Part shown: positions 8,717 through 21,806 of the stretch, one piece after another
Layout of the letters: each line of letters opens with the position of its first letter
Numbering within the stretch: position 1 is the first letter of the stretch
Program-made: the position numbers and the translations under genes
Notes under the pieces: generated by a model
Database searches by the model: none
What the model was told of the DNA's origin: nothing
Seen by the model: only the letters and a program-made list of their open reading frames with translations
NCBI GenBank assembly: GCA_963798195.1
Contig: CAWCSF010000005.1
Coordinates: forward strand, 9,725 to 73,724
DNA from: an uncultured Alphaproteobacteria bacterium
GTDB taxonomy: Bacteria > Pseudomonadota > Alphaproteobacteria > Rhizobiales > Kaistiaceae
Length of the DNA: 64,000 nucleotides
Direction of reading: 5' to 3'

Positions 8717-9294
8717 TGCCGCGCGCCGGACTGAACGCGGACGCCGTACTGGATGCGGCGTCCGAGATCGCCGACGCCGACGGCCTGCCCACCGTCACGC
8801 TCGCCCGCCTCGCCGAGCGCCTCGGCGTGCGGCCGCCGTCGCTCTACAAGCATGTCGACGGGCTTGACGCGATCCACCGTGGACTGGCGCTGCGCGGTCT
8901 GCGGGAAGCCGCGGCGCGTTTGCAGAAGGCTACCGTGGGCAAAGCGGGGGACGACGCGCTCTTCGCCTTCGCCCATGCCTACTGGCAGTTCGCCCGCGAG
9001 CGACCGGGCCTCTACGCGGCGTCGGTGCGCGCGGCAAGGCCGGGAGAGAACGACATCGCCGCCGCAGGAGAATCCCTGATCGGCATCGTGCTGGCTGTGC
9101 TGGCGGGCTACGGGGTCAGGGGCGACGACGCGCTCCACGCGACGCGCGGCTTGCGCGCGATCATCCACGGCTTCGTCTCGCTCGACGCGATGGGCGCGTT
9201 TCGGCTGAAGCTCGACCTGGACGAGTCGTTCGACCGCCTGCTCGGTGCGTTCAGCCGCGACCTGGCCGAACGCGGCACGGCGCGGGCTGCCTAG
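8716..9294 (+). CDS. TetR/AcrR family transcriptional regulator
   Basis: The start overlaps the upstream stop (TGATG). HTH TLARLAERLGVRPPSLYKHV and a WHG-type C-terminal domain (LRAIIHGFVSL). Confidence 0.9.
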   Translation: MPRAGLNADAVLDAASEIADADGLPTVTLARLAERLGVRPPSLYKHVDGLDAIHRGLALRGLREAAARLQKATVGKAGDDALFAFAHAYWQFARERPGLYAASVRAARPGENDIAAAGESLIGIVLAVLAGYGVRGDDALHATRGLRAIIHGFVSLDAMGAFRLKLDLDESFDRLLGAFSRDLAERGTARAA

Positions 9295-10871
9295 TCCGCC
9301 ATCGCAGCCGCGGCCGGCTGCGGTTGCCGTCCCATCGCCGGCCCGGCCAGCGCCATCTTCTTGTAGCGCAGCAGGAGAAGGAGCGGCATGGCGCAGAGCG
9401 TGATCAGGAACATCGCCTTGAAGTCATCGATGTAGGCGATCATCAGCGCCTGCTGCGTTATCAGCCCGTTGAGCTGTGCCGCAGTCTGCGCACCGCCGGG
9501 CGTCAGCAGCGCCATCGCATCGATGCCGAAATCGGTCAGGTTCGGATTGAACGCCGTGATATGCGCCGCGAGATCGGCGTGGCTGGTCTGCATGTTCGAA
9601 ATGAGCAGCGCCGCCATGATCGAAATGCCGATCGACGAGCCAAGATTGCGCACCAGGTTGAACAGGCTCGACGCCTCGGTCCTCAACCGCGGATCGAGCG
9701 TCTGGAAGGCGACCGTCGACAGCGGGATGAAGACGAAGCCGAGGCCAAAGCCCTGGATGACGCCGGAAACGATCAGCGGCCAATCGCCCATGCCCATCGA
9801 GAAGGCGGTCATCTGGTAGAGCGAGAGGGCGGTCATCGACAGCCCAAACAGCACGAGCAGACGTGGATCGATCTTGCCGACAAGCCGGCCAACAACCATC
9901 ATCGACGCCATCGTGCCGAAGCCGCGCGGCGCGAGGACAAGCCCCACCGTGATGATCGGATAGCCGAAGAGGTTCTGCAGCATCGGCGGCAGCAGCGCCA
10001 TCGTAGCGAGCAGCACGATGCCGACGACGAAGATCAGCACCAGCGCCGCGCTGAAATTTCGGTCGACGAACAGACGCCGGTCGAGGAACGGCTCGGCGTG
10101 CGTGACGGTGTGAACGCCGAACAGCCAAAAGCCGGTGATGGCGACGCCAAGCTCCGCCCAGACCTCCGGTGACGAGAACCAGTCGAGTTCGGCGCCACGG
10201 TCCAGCATGAACTGGAGCGCGCCAACCGCGATCGACAGGTAGGCGAACCCGATGAAATCGAACTTGCGGATGCGCCGCACGGTATCCGGCATGAACAGGA
10301 GAACGCCGGTGAGCGCCGCGATGCCGACCGGCACGTTGATGTAGAACACCCAGCGCCAGTTGAAGTTGTCGGTGAGGTAGGCGCCGATGGTCGGGCCGAC
10401 GATCGGAGCGATCATGATGCCGGTGCCCCACAGCGCCATCGCCTGGCCCTGCCGTTCGCGCGGATTGATGTCCATGATGACCGACTGCGACAGCGGCGCG
10501 AGCGCTGCGCCGAAGGCACCCTGCATGATGCGGAAGAGCACCATCTCCTCGAGGCCGATGGCTGTGCCGCACAAAGCCGATGACCCAACGAAACCGGCGA
10601 CGCAGATCGCGAATAATCTCTTGCGGCCGATATTGTCGGATAGCCAGCCGGTCAGCGGCGTCGCGATCGCCTGCGCCACGATGTAGGACGTGAGCACCCA
10701 GGTAATGGTGTCCTGCGCCGCACCGAGGCTCGCCTGCATGTGCGGCAGCGCGACGTTGGCGATCGTCATGTCGAGGATCACCATGATCATCGCGGCCATC
10801 ACCGAGATGGTGATGAGTCCGCGATGCTTCACTTCCTTGAAGGGAAGGCCGTCGGGGCCGGTGCCGGTCAT
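9291..10871 (-). CDS. emrB: DHA2-family MFS multidrug efflux permease (EmrB/QacA type, 14 TMS)
   Basis: 526 aa. LDMTIANVALPHMQ, GWLSDNIGRKRLF and many TM segments. Follows the HlyD/EmrA gene. Confidence 0.9.
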   Translation of the reverse strand: MTGTGPDGLPFKEVKHRGLITISVMAAMIMVILDMTIANVALPHMQASLGAAQDTITWVLTSYIVAQAIATPLTGWLSDNIGRKRLFAICVAGFVGSSALCGTAIGLEEMVLFRIMQGAFGAALAPLSQSVIMDINPRERQGQAMALWGTGIMIAPIVGPTIGAYLTDNFNWRWVFYINVPVGIAALTGVLLFMPDTVRRIRKFDFIGFAYLSIAVGALQFMLDRGAELDWFSSPEVWAELGVAITGFWLFGVHTVTHAEPFLDRRLFVDRNFSAALVLIFVVGIVLLATMALLPPMLQNLFGYPIITVGLVLAPRGFGTMASMMVVGRLVGKIDPRLLVLFGLSMTALSLYQMTAFSMGMGDWPLIVSGVIQGFGLGFVFIPLSTVAFQTLDPRLRTEASSLFNLVRNLGSSIGISIMAALLISNMQTSHADLAAHITAFNPNLTDFGIDAMALLTPGGAQTAAQLNGLITQQALMIAYIDDFKAMFLITLCAMPLLLLLRYKKMALAGPAMGRQPQPAAAAMAD

Positions 10872-10894
10872 CGCTGTCTACTTTAAGTCCGGGT

Positions 10895-12028
10895 TCACTG
10901 CGCCGAAGCCGCCTTTGTCGGCGTCGCCGGCTCGCTCTGGATATCGACCGAGACCGACGCGCTGAGTCCCGTCCGCATGGCCAGATCCGCCGGCGGATCG
11001 GTGAAGCGCAGACGAACCGGGACGCGCTGGACCACTTTCACCCAGTTGCCGGTCGCATTCTGCGCCGGAAGAAGAGAGAACTCGGAGCCGGTGCCGGCAC
11101 CGACGCTATCCACCACCGCCTGAAGATCGTGGCCGGGATATGCATCGAGCGAGATGGTCGCGGCCTGGCCGGCGCGCATACTGGTGAGATCCGTCTCCTT
11201 GAAGTTCGCCTCGACCCAGCTCGAGCCGGATTCAACCAGGCTCATTACGCCGATGGCCGGCGTGACGTATTGCCCGACCTGCATGCGATCCGCCTGAGCG
11301 ACGACGCCATCAGCCGGCGCGCGCACCTCGGTGTTCTTGAGATCGAGTGCGGCCTGGTCGCGGCGGGCGAGCGCGGCCAGCACGGCCGGATGCTTCTCGG
11401 TCTGGATCGTCGGATCGCCGCCGAGCGCCGCGCGGGCGGCCGCGACGTGCTGCACTGACTGGGTAAGCGTTTGCTGGGCCGCGCGCAGGTCGTTCTGCGC
11501 GGTATCGAAGCTCGCCTGCGAAGAAACGCCCTTGGCCAGCAGTCCTTGCTGGCGGTCGAAGGCCTTCTGCTGGTACTCGGCGTTCTCCTGCGCCGCCTTG
11601 TTTTCGGCGATCGCCTGCTCGTAGCTGGCGCGCATCTGCTCGACCTGAATACGGGCCGAAGAGAGCGCCGCCTCCGCGCCGGCGAGCGCGATGCGATACG
11701 GCTCGGGGTCGATGCGGAACAGCATGTCGCCCGAGAGGACGTGCTGGTTCTCCCTGGCGTCGATCTCGACGATGCGGCCGGAGACGTCGGCGTTGATGGT
11801 GACGCGGTTCTGCTGGACGTAGGCGTTGTCGGTGCTGACGTAGCGTCCGCTGGACAGCCAGAAATAGCCACCGACAAGCAGCAGCAGGACCGGCACCGAC
11901 GCCATGATCAGGATGCGGCGGCGATTGCTCGTGCGCGGCTTGGCAGCCGGCAATACGGGCGCTACGCCCGCCGGCGGTGTGCCGCCCGGCTGCTGCGGAT
12001 TGTTAGGACTTCCCCCATCAGCACTCAT
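10895..12028 (-). CDS. emrA: HlyD-family membrane fusion protein (EmrA type)
   Basis: ORF 10895..12583 trimmed to MSADGGSPNN (ATG 12028), which overlaps the marR stop as ATGA. One TM helix, a coiled-coil, and the motif VSTDNAYVQQNRVTINADVSGRIVEI. Confidence 0.9.
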   Translation of the reverse strand: MSADGGSPNNPQQPGGTPPAGVAPVLPAAKPRTSNRRRILIMASVPVLLLLVGGYFWLSSGRYVSTDNAYVQQNRVTINADVSGRIVEIDARENQHVLSGDMLFRIDPEPYRIALAGAEAALSSARIQVEQMRASYEQAIAENKAAQENAEYQQKAFDRQQGLLAKGVSSQASFDTAQNDLRAAQQTLTQSVQHVAAARAALGGDPTIQTEKHPAVLAALARRDQAALDLKNTEVRAPADGVVAQADRMQVGQYVTPAIGVMSLVESGSSWVEANFKETDLTSMRAGQAATISLDAYPGHDLQAVVDSVGAGTGSEFSLLPAQNATGNWVKVVQRVPVRLRFTDPPADLAMRTGLSASVSVDIQSEPATPTKAASAQ

Positions 12029-12558
12029 GAGGCCACACTTTCCTTGTCTCGGGTCTCGGCCCCGACGGCCGGTATCTTCTTTGCCTGAACGTCGCCCTGC
12101 CCCGGCCGGCCAACCAGATTGGCGCGGATACGGCCCAGCACATCGGCAACCAGTTCCAGTTCTTCCTCGCTGACGCCGATCAGTGCATCGCCGAGGCAGT
12201 CCGTCGCGATGGCGCGGAATTTCTCCACCAACGGCCGCGCGTCGTCGGTGAGATAAAGCCGGTAGGCGCGGCGATCGGCCGGGTCGGGCCGGCGCTCGAT
12301 CAGCCCGGCCGCCTGCATGCGGTCGATCTGACGGCTGAGCGTGATTGGCTCCATGTCCATCTGATCGGCGAGCGTCGCCTGGTTGAGCGGCTCTTCGTTG
12401 CGCATTTCGGCGCGCGCGACCGACGACAGGACGCGCCACTGCGCGCTCGTCAGCCCGATGTTTTGGGCCTGCTGGTCGATGCGCCGCCGGAGTAGGCGGC
12501 CGACATCGTGGACCAGCAGTCCGACGCCCTTTGCGGGCGGAAGGTGGCTGTTCTGCAT
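12025..12558 (-). CDS. MarR family transcriptional regulator
   Basis: ORF trimmed to MQNSHLPPAKG. Winged helix LTSAQWRVLSSV...QATLADQMDMEPITLSRQIDRMQAAGLIERRPDPADRRAYRLYLT. Confidence 0.9.
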   Translation of the reverse strand: MQNSHLPPAKGVGLLVHDVGRLLRRRIDQQAQNIGLTSAQWRVLSSVARAEMRNEEPLNQATLADQMDMEPITLSRQIDRMQAAGLIERRPDPADRRAYRLYLTDDARPLVEKFRAIATDCLGDALIGVSEEELELVADVLGRIRANLVGRPGQGDVQAKKIPAVGAETRDKESVAS

Positions 12559-12566
12559 GGCAGCGG

Positions 12567-12612
12567 ATATAATAAGCCTGCATATAATAGGCAAGCTTGC
12601 AAAATTGTCACA
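12567..12612. promoter_or_regulatory. AT-rich divergent promoter/operator region (marR-emrAB versus ileS)
   Basis: The minus strand reads GTGACA-N16-TATTAT, ending about 25 nt before the marR ATG. Direct repeat ATATAATA at 12567-12574 and 12582-12589. Perfect palindrome GCAAGCTTGC at 12591-12600, inside the spacer. Confidence 0.45.
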
Positions 12613-12773
12613 CCCCGAAGGGGTTAACAGATGATTGACGAGCAGGCGCGGTGCCACGAACGCCTGACCTCGTCCGGCGCAGGGGGTGGCGGAAATTCCG
12701 CAAAGACTGTATCGATCCGGCCGGATTCCGAGGGGTCGCGGCGAGGGCGATCCCGCACCATCTAGACAGCGCC

Positions 12774-15932
<3,159 letters not shown>

Positions 15933-15939
15933 CGAACCG

Positions 15940-16587
15940 ATGATCTACTGGCCCCGGCGGAACCGCGAGCCACCCTCTCCACTGGCCCTCAGAGCGTTGC
16001 CGATCATTATCGAACGTTTCGGGCCGAGCTATGCCGGGTTCTATCTGGAGTGCGGCGCCAACAATGGCGTTTCGCAGAGCAACACCTTGCTGCTCGAAAA
16101 ACGCGGCTGGCGCGGCATGCTGGTAGAGCCTTCGCCGGCCGCGTTCGCCGTGTGTAAGCGAGAGCGGTCACCGCGCAACATCCTCGTGAATTGCGCCCTG
16201 GTGGGCGACCCGACCATCACCAGCGTCGAGGGCGACTTCGACGGGCATCTGATGTCGTCAGTCGGCGCCCGATGGCGCAACGACGGCAAGACGACCAGCG
16301 TCGCGGCCCGTACACTGCAATCCGTGCTCGATGAGCACAGCATTGGTTCGATCGATTTCTTCTCGCTGGACGTCGAAGGGCACGAACGGGAGGTGCTCGC
16401 GGGGCTGGACCTGTCGCGCGTTCGCCCGAAGGTCTTCCTGATCGAAATCCTGGAGGAGAACCTGGCGGCGATAAGCGCCCTTCTGGCCGGCCACGGCTAC
16501 GGAGCACCGGCCAATCTCAGCGGCTACACACGCGAAACGCACCCTGCCTGGAGGGGCGACCACAACGACTACCTGTTCGTCCTGTGA
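15940..16587 (+). CDS. FkbM-family methyltransferase
   Basis: Starts 8 nt after the ileS stop. YLECGANNGVSQSNTLLLEKRGWRGMLVEP and IDFFSLDVEGHEREVLAGL are typical of Methyltransf_21/FkbM. Confidence 0.75.
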   Translation: MIYWPRRNREPPSPLALRALPIIIERFGPSYAGFYLECGANNGVSQSNTLLLEKRGWRGMLVEPSPAAFAVCKRERSPRNILVNCALVGDPTITSVEGDFDGHLMSSVGARWRNDGKTTSVAARTLQSVLDEHSIGSIDFFSLDVEGHEREVLAGLDLSRVRPKVFLIEILEENLAAISALLAGHGYGAPANLSGYTRETHPAWRGDHNDYLFVL

Positions 16588-16623
16588 CGAAACAGGCGTC
16601 CCGATGAGCCCGGCGTAGTCTGC

Positions 16624-17238
16624 CTATCCCTTGCGCTCGACCAGCGACCAGCTTGCCGGGATGATCAGCGCAGCCAGCACCACCTTGAGCACATCGCCCA
16701 GGATGAACGGCGCGACTCCGCCGGCAAACGCCTTGGCAGCCCCGATGCCCGTGGCATTCGGGATCTGTGCGAACCACGCCAGCCAGGCGAAGCCAATAGC
16801 GAACTGCACGACGACGGCAACCAGCATCGCCGCGCCGAGACGGACCGGCGAGCGGTCCCAGCCGCGATCGGCAGCAGTGCCGACGATGACCGCTACCAGC
16901 AGCCAGCTCACGATGAAACCAGCCGTCGGCCCGAGCATGTAGAGCGGGCCGGCGATGGCCGGCGGCGTGTTGGTGAAGACCGGCAGGCCGAGCATGCCTT
17001 CGGCGATATAGGCAAGCACGGTGGCGAACGCGAGCCGCGAGCCATAGGCGCCGGCGATGAGCAGGACGGCGAACGTTTGCAGCGTCATCGGCACCGGCCA
17101 GAACGGCACTTTCACCTTGGCTGAAATGGCGAGGATGGCGGTGCCGGCGAGGACCAGAATGACGGCCTGAAGGATGCGGCTGACATTCTCCGGCCAGACC
17201 GCGGTGGCGAGAGCGCGGGACGATGTGTTGGATGCCAT
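16624..17238 (-). CDS. bioY: Biotin transporter BioY (ECF S-component)
   Basis: 204 aa. VPMTLQTFAVLLIAGAYG, GLPVF..., GPTAGFIVSW, and PFILGDVLKVVLA. Confidence 0.9.
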   Translation of the reverse strand: MASNTSSRALATAVWPENVSRILQAVILVLAGTAILAISAKVKVPFWPVPMTLQTFAVLLIAGAYGSRLAFATVLAYIAEGMLGLPVFTNTPPAIAGPLYMLGPTAGFIVSWLLVAVIVGTAADRGWDRSPVRLGAAMLVAVVVQFAIGFAWLAWFAQIPNATGIGAAKAFAGGVAPFILGDVLKVVLAALIIPASWSLVERKG

Positions 17239-17350
17239 GGGATGCCCCCGGGAACGTGATGCGATGCGTTGCCGTTGCTATAGGGGCAATCGCCGGAGGC
17301 GACAAGCGCCGGCCAGAATCCGCTTGTCAGAGAACCTTGCTGCGCTACAG

Positions 17351-17995
17351 ATGCCGACCATGAGCAAACAACAGCAACTGCACGCCATCCTCACCGCCGC
17401 GCCGCTGGTGCCGGTGCTGACCATTGAAGATCGCAAGGCGGCAGTGCCGCTGGCCAGGGCACTGGTTGCCGGTGGGCTGACGGCCATCGAGGTGACGCTG
17501 CGCACCGCCTCGGCCATCGAGAGCATCCGCGCCATCGCCGCCGAAGTGGAGGGCGCCAATGTCGGCGCCGGCACGGTGCTGAACACCAAACAATATGAAG
17601 ACGCCGCGAAGGCCGGCGCCAAGTTCATCGTCAGCCCCGGCGCCACGCCCAAGCTCATCGCCGCCGGCAAGGATAGCTCCGTGCCCTTCCTGCCAGGCGT
17701 CAATACCGCCGGCGAGGCGATGACGCTGGAGGAAGCCGGCTTTGCGACGCTGAAGTTCTTTCCCTCCGAGCCGGCGGGCGGCCTCGCCTACCTGAAGGCG
17801 CTCGTCGCACCCCTGCCCCATATCCGCTTCTGCCCGACAGGCGGCATCTCGCTGAAGAACGCCCCCGACTATCTGGCGCTGCCCAACATCATCTGCGTGG
17901 GTGGCACCTGGGTCGCGCCACCCGACGCCGTGGCAGCCGGAGACTGGGCGAAGATCACGACGCTCGCCCGCGAGGCAGCGGCGCTGCGCGCCTGA
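17351..17995 (+). CDS. eda: KDPG / KHG aldolase (Eda)
   Basis: [59 protein letters not shown] and FCPTGGI. An alternative ATG lies at 17360. Confidence 0.9.
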   Translation: MPTMSKQQQLHAILTAAPLVPVLTIEDRKAAVPLARALVAGGLTAIEVTLRTASAIESIRAIAAEVEGANVGAGTVLNTKQYEDAAKAGAKFIVSPGATPKLIAAGKDSSVPFLPGVNTAGEAMTLEEAGFATLKFFPSEPAGGLAYLKALVAPLPHIRFCPTGGISLKNAPDYLALPNIICVGGTWVAPPDAVAAGDWAKITTLAREAAALRA

Positions 17996-18129
17996 CCATC
18001 CTCGCCCGCCGGGTTCCCGCCCAAATCATTTTCTGTTGACTCAGGACAAGGACCACCGGAGCGTGGCCGTTGTAAGTGAGGGCGGAAATCAGGCGGCAGG
18101 CGCCGCTATTGTATTGTGGAGGGAACCCT

Positions 18130-19128
18130 ATGAAAAGACTGGCATTTATCGCCGCGGCACTCCTGCTGTCGGCACCGGCTTTCGCCGCGGAAGGATGCGA
18201 TTCCGGCGAGACCGTCATCAAGTTTGCGCACGTTGTCGCCCCGACCGGCAACCCGAAAGGCGAGGCGGCTACCGAATTCGCCGCTCGCGTGAACAGCGAA
18301 ATGAACGGCAAGCTCTGCGTCGAGGTCTATCCGAGCTCGCAGTTGTTCGACGACGACAAGGTGCTCGAGGCGATGATCCTCGGCGACGTGCAACTGGCTG
18401 CGCCGTCCCTGTCGAAGTTCGAGCAGTACACGCTGGTCTTCCGCCTGTTCGACCTGCCCTTCATCTTCGACGACATCGCCGCGGTGGACCGCTTCCAGAA
18501 GTCGGCGGACGGCCAGAAGATGCTGGACTCGATGCATGACAAGGGCCTCGTCGGGCTCGGCTTCTGGCACAACGGACTGAAGCAGATGTCGGCGAACAAG
18601 CCGCTGCTGCTGCCGACCGACGCCAAGGGCCTGAAGTTCCGTATCCAGCCTTCCGACGTGCTGCAGGCGCAGTTCGAGGCAATCGGCGCCGTGCCGCAGA
18701 AGCTGGCGTTCTCGGAGGTCTATGGCGCGCTCCAGACCGGCGTCGTCGATGGCCAGGAGAACACCTATTCCAACATCTTCACCCAGAAGTTCTTCGAGGT
18801 GCAGGACGGCGTCACCGAGACCAACCACGGCGTGCTCGATTACCTGCTCGTCACCTCGGCCGAGTTCTGGGATGGCCTGCCGGAGGACCAGCGCAACCAG
18901 TTGCGCACGATCCTGACCGAGGTCACCGACAAGTGGAACGCCAAGGCCGGTGAAGTGAACGACGCGGCAAAGGCCAAGATCGTCGCTGCGGGCACGACCA
19001 TCCGCACGCTCGACGCGACGCAGCGCGACGCGTGGAAGGCGGCGATGAAGCCGGTGTGGGGCAAGTTCCAGGACCAGATCGGACAGAACGTCATCGACGC
19101 GGCGCTCGCCTCCAACAAGGGAAGCTGA
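18130..19128 (+). CDS. dctP: TRAP transporter substrate-binding protein (DctP family)
   Basis: MKRLAFIAAALLLSAPAFA signal peptide, SD GGAGGGA, and DctP-like blocks (LQLAAPSLSKF, GLGFWHNGLKQM, QTGVVDGQENT). Confidence 0.9.
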   Translation: MKRLAFIAAALLLSAPAFAAEGCDSGETVIKFAHVVAPTGNPKGEAATEFAARVNSEMNGKLCVEVYPSSQLFDDDKVLEAMILGDVQLAAPSLSKFEQYTLVFRLFDLPFIFDDIAAVDRFQKSADGQKMLDSMHDKGLVGLGFWHNGLKQMSANKPLLLPTDAKGLKFRIQPSDVLQAQFEAIGAVPQKLAFSEVYGALQTGVVDGQENTYSNIFTQKFFEVQDGVTETNHGVLDYLLVTSAEFWDGLPEDQRNQLRTILTEVTDKWNAKAGEVNDAAKAKIVAAGTTIRTLDATQRDAWKAAMKPVWGKFQDQIGQNVIDAALASNKGS

Positions 19129-19140
19129 CGCAGGCAATAA

Positions 19141-19193
19141 AGACGGCCCGGGAACGGCCGGCGCAAGCCGGCCGAGGGAGGCCCGGGCCGTCT
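19141..19193 (+). promoter_or_regulatory. Nested intercistronic stem-loop between dctP and dctQ
   Basis: The outer 11-bp stem AGACGGCCCGG/CCGGGCCGTCT encloses a 7-bp stem GGCCGGC-GCAA-GCCGGCC with a GNRA loop. There is no U-tract. Confidence 0.5.
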
Positions 19194-19252
19194 CTCTCAC
19201 TATGACGGCGGCTCCGGCCGGATACCGGCCGGATGGGGGAACGGGGCCTGCC

Positions 19253-19852
19253 ATGAACGCATTCCGCAGCCTGATTGCGCGTATCGAGGAGGGTGTCATC
19301 GCGGCCCTTCTGGCGGCGATGACGATCGTCACCTTCAGCCAGGTGATCGCCCGCTACGTCTTCAATTCCGGCTGGCACGCCGCGCTTGAACTCACCACGA
19401 TCATGTTTGCCTGGCTGGTGCTGTTCGGCGCCAGTTACGCCATGCGCATTGGTGCGCATCTCGGTGTCGACGCGATCATTCGCCTGTTTCCAGCGCCGAT
19501 CTTTCGCGCCATCGCCGTCTTCGGCGCGGTCGTCTGCATTGTCTACGCGACGATCCTCTTCTACGGCGCCTGCGGCAATATCTTCGTCACCGGCAAGATT
19601 TGCGGCGCCGGGTATGTCGGCAAGATGTACGCCGTCGGCCTCAAGACCGTCGACCTGCACTGGCCACGCTGGGCCGTCTATTCGATCCTGCCGATTGGCA
19701 TGGCGCTGTTGGCGATCCGCTCCGCCGAGGCCGCCTACATGATCCTCAAGGGCCGGCGCGATGGGCTTGCGGCCGGCCACGAGGCCGAGGACATGCTCCG
19801 CGAACAGAGCGGCGCTGGGGTCAATCCGCCGCCCGGCCCTGTCGGCACCTGA
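19253..19852 (+). CDS. dctQ: TRAP transporter small permease (DctQ family)
   Basis: ORF 19202..19852 trimmed to MNAFRSLIARIEEGV. Four hydrophobic segments. Lies between dctP and dctM. Confidence 0.85.
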   Translation: MNAFRSLIARIEEGVIAALLAAMTIVTFSQVIARYVFNSGWHAALELTTIMFAWLVLFGASYAMRIGAHLGVDAIIRLFPAPIFRAIAVFGAVVCIVYATILFYGACGNIFVTGKICGAGYVGKMYAVGLKTVDLHWPRWAVYSILPIGMALLAIRSAEAAYMILKGRRDGLAAGHEAEDMLREQSGAGVNPPPGPVGT

Positions 19853-19864
19853 GGAGGCGGGGCG

Positions 19865-21266
19865 ATGGAATCCGTCATCCTCTTCATTCTCGTGCTGTCG
19901 ATGCTGGCGGTCGGCATTCCCATCGCCGTCTCGCTGGGACTCTCCAGCCTGATCATCATCATTTTCTTTTCCCACGACTCGCTCGCCTCGATCGCGCTGA
20001 AATTTTACGAGTTGACCCAGCACTACACGCTGCTCGCCATCCCCTTCTTTGTGCTCGCCTCGAACTTCATGTCGACCGGCGGCGTCGCCCGCCGCATCAT
20101 CCGGTTCGCGGTGGCAAGCGTCGGCCATGTCCGCGGCGGCCTCGCCATAGCCGGCGTCTTTGCCTGCATGCTGTTCGCCGCCCTCTCCGGCTCATCCCCC
20201 GCGACGGTGGTCGCGATCGGCACCATCGCGATCAGCGGCATGGTGCAGGTGGGCTACACCAAGGAATTCGCTGCCGGCGTCATCGCCAATGCCGGCACGC
20301 TCGGCATTCTCATTCCGCCGTCCATCGTGATGGTCGTCTATTGCGCCGCGACCGACGTCTCGGTTGGCCGCATGTTCCTTGCCGGGGTCATCCCCGGCAT
20401 CGTTGCCGGGCTGATGCTGATGGCCGGCATCTACATCGCGGCGCGCATCAAGAAACTGCCGGCGCAGCCCTTCGCCGGCGTCCGCGAAATCGTCGCCGCG
20501 GCGGGCGACTCCGCCTTCGGCCTGCTCCTGATCTTCATCATCCTCGGCGGAATCTATGGCGGCGTCTTCACCCCGACCGAGGCGGCGGCGGTGGCGGCGG
20601 TCTATGCCTTCCTCGTCGCGCTCTTCGTCTATCGCGACATGGGACCGCTGCGCGGCATCCCATGGCGCGAGCCTGACGAGACTCTCGGCCGCGCCGTGTG
20701 GCGGAACCTCTGGCTGACGGCGACGCGCTTCGTGCCCGGCTGCTTCCACGGCGACACGAAGAAGGTGCTGGTCGAGTTCGGCGCGCACGACCATCATGCT
20801 GATGTTCATCATCGCCAACGCGCTGCTATTCGCGCACGTGCTGACGACCGAGCGCATCCCGCAGGTGATCACCGACTGGATGCTGGGCGCCGGCTTCAAC
20901 TGGTGGACGTTCCTGATCGCCGTAAACGTGCTGCTGCTGCTCGGCGGCCAGTTCATGGAACCGTCAGGGCTGCTTCTGATCGTGGCGCCGCTGGTTTTCC
21001 CGATCGCCATTCAACTGGGGGTCGATCCAATCCACCTCGGCATCATCATGGTGGTGAACATGGAGATCGGCATGATTACCCCGCCGATCGGGCTTAACCT
21101 GTTCGTGACGGCGGGTATCACCGGCATGACCCTGGTGCAGGTGGTGCGGGCGGCCATGCCTTTCGTCGCCATCCTGCTGCTCTTCCTGGTTCTGGTGACC
21201 TACACGCCGATCCTGTCAACCTGGCTGCCCTATTCCCTGATGGGCCCGGAACTGGTGACCCGCTAG
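19865..21266 (+). pseudogene. dctM: TRAP transporter large permease (DctM family), interrupted by a +1 frameshift
   Basis: ORF 19865..21097 turns to Arg/His-rich nonsense after ...GDTKKVLVE. ORF 20796..21266 carries the C-terminal half (MLMFIIANALLFAHVLTTERIPQ...). Deleting one T at 20777-20778 gives VLVESARTTIMLMFIIANA in a single frame. Confidence 0.8.
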
Positions 21267-21514
21267 GGTTTGCGGCCGATCGGGCGATCTGCCGCACCCT
21301 TGCAATGTGGCCAAATCGGAGTCATATCTGCCGCGTTCGGGCACTGTAACCCCGGAGACTGGAAAACGTCGCGGAGGCAAGAGGCCCCGCGGGTCTTGGG
21401 AATTCCCCTGGCCGTCTCGATAAGACGCTTTGCTTCCTTTCCCCGATCAACAAGCTGCCGACGACGTACGGGTGTGCGAGCACCCATTGTGACCACAGGG
21501 AAAAGGATATCCCA

Positions 21515-21727
21515 ATGCGCCAGACTGGCACCGTGAAGTTCTTCAACTCCTCCAAAGGCTTCGGCTTCATCACCCCGCAGGGTGGCTCCAAGGACGTGTT
21601 CGTCCACGTGAGCGCGCTCGAGCAGGCCGGCATCAGCCACCTCACCGATGGCCAGCAGGTCTCGTTCGAGGTTGAGCCGGACAAGATGGGCAAGGGCCCG
21701 AAGGCAGTTAAGCTCCAGCTCGTCTAA
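21515..21727 (+). CDS. cspA: Cold-shock protein (CspA family)
   Basis: [35 protein letters not shown] contains the RNP1/RNP2 motifs. A ~250-nt gene-free leader upstream is typical of csp genes. Confidence 0.95.
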   Translation: MRQTGTVKFFNSSKGFGFITPQGGSKDVFVHVSALEQAGISHLTDGQQVSFEVEPDKMGKGPKAVKLQLV

Positions 21728-21773
21728 GCTGGTGAGCCGCGGCTAGCGCGGCCTTCACAGGTTCAAACAGGGA

Positions 21774-21806
21774 CGCCGCCGGCCAACCGGCGGCGTTTCG
21801 CGTTTC
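21774..21806 (+). terminator. Rho-independent terminator of cspA
   Basis: CGCCGCCGG-CCAA-CCGGCGGCG, a perfect 9-bp stem, followed by TTTCGCGTTTC. Confidence 0.7.

Noticed and set aside
17239-17350. BioR-type operator (TTATMKATAA) upstream of bioY
   Set aside because: No match is present. Only a weak TTGC...GCAA symmetry is seen.
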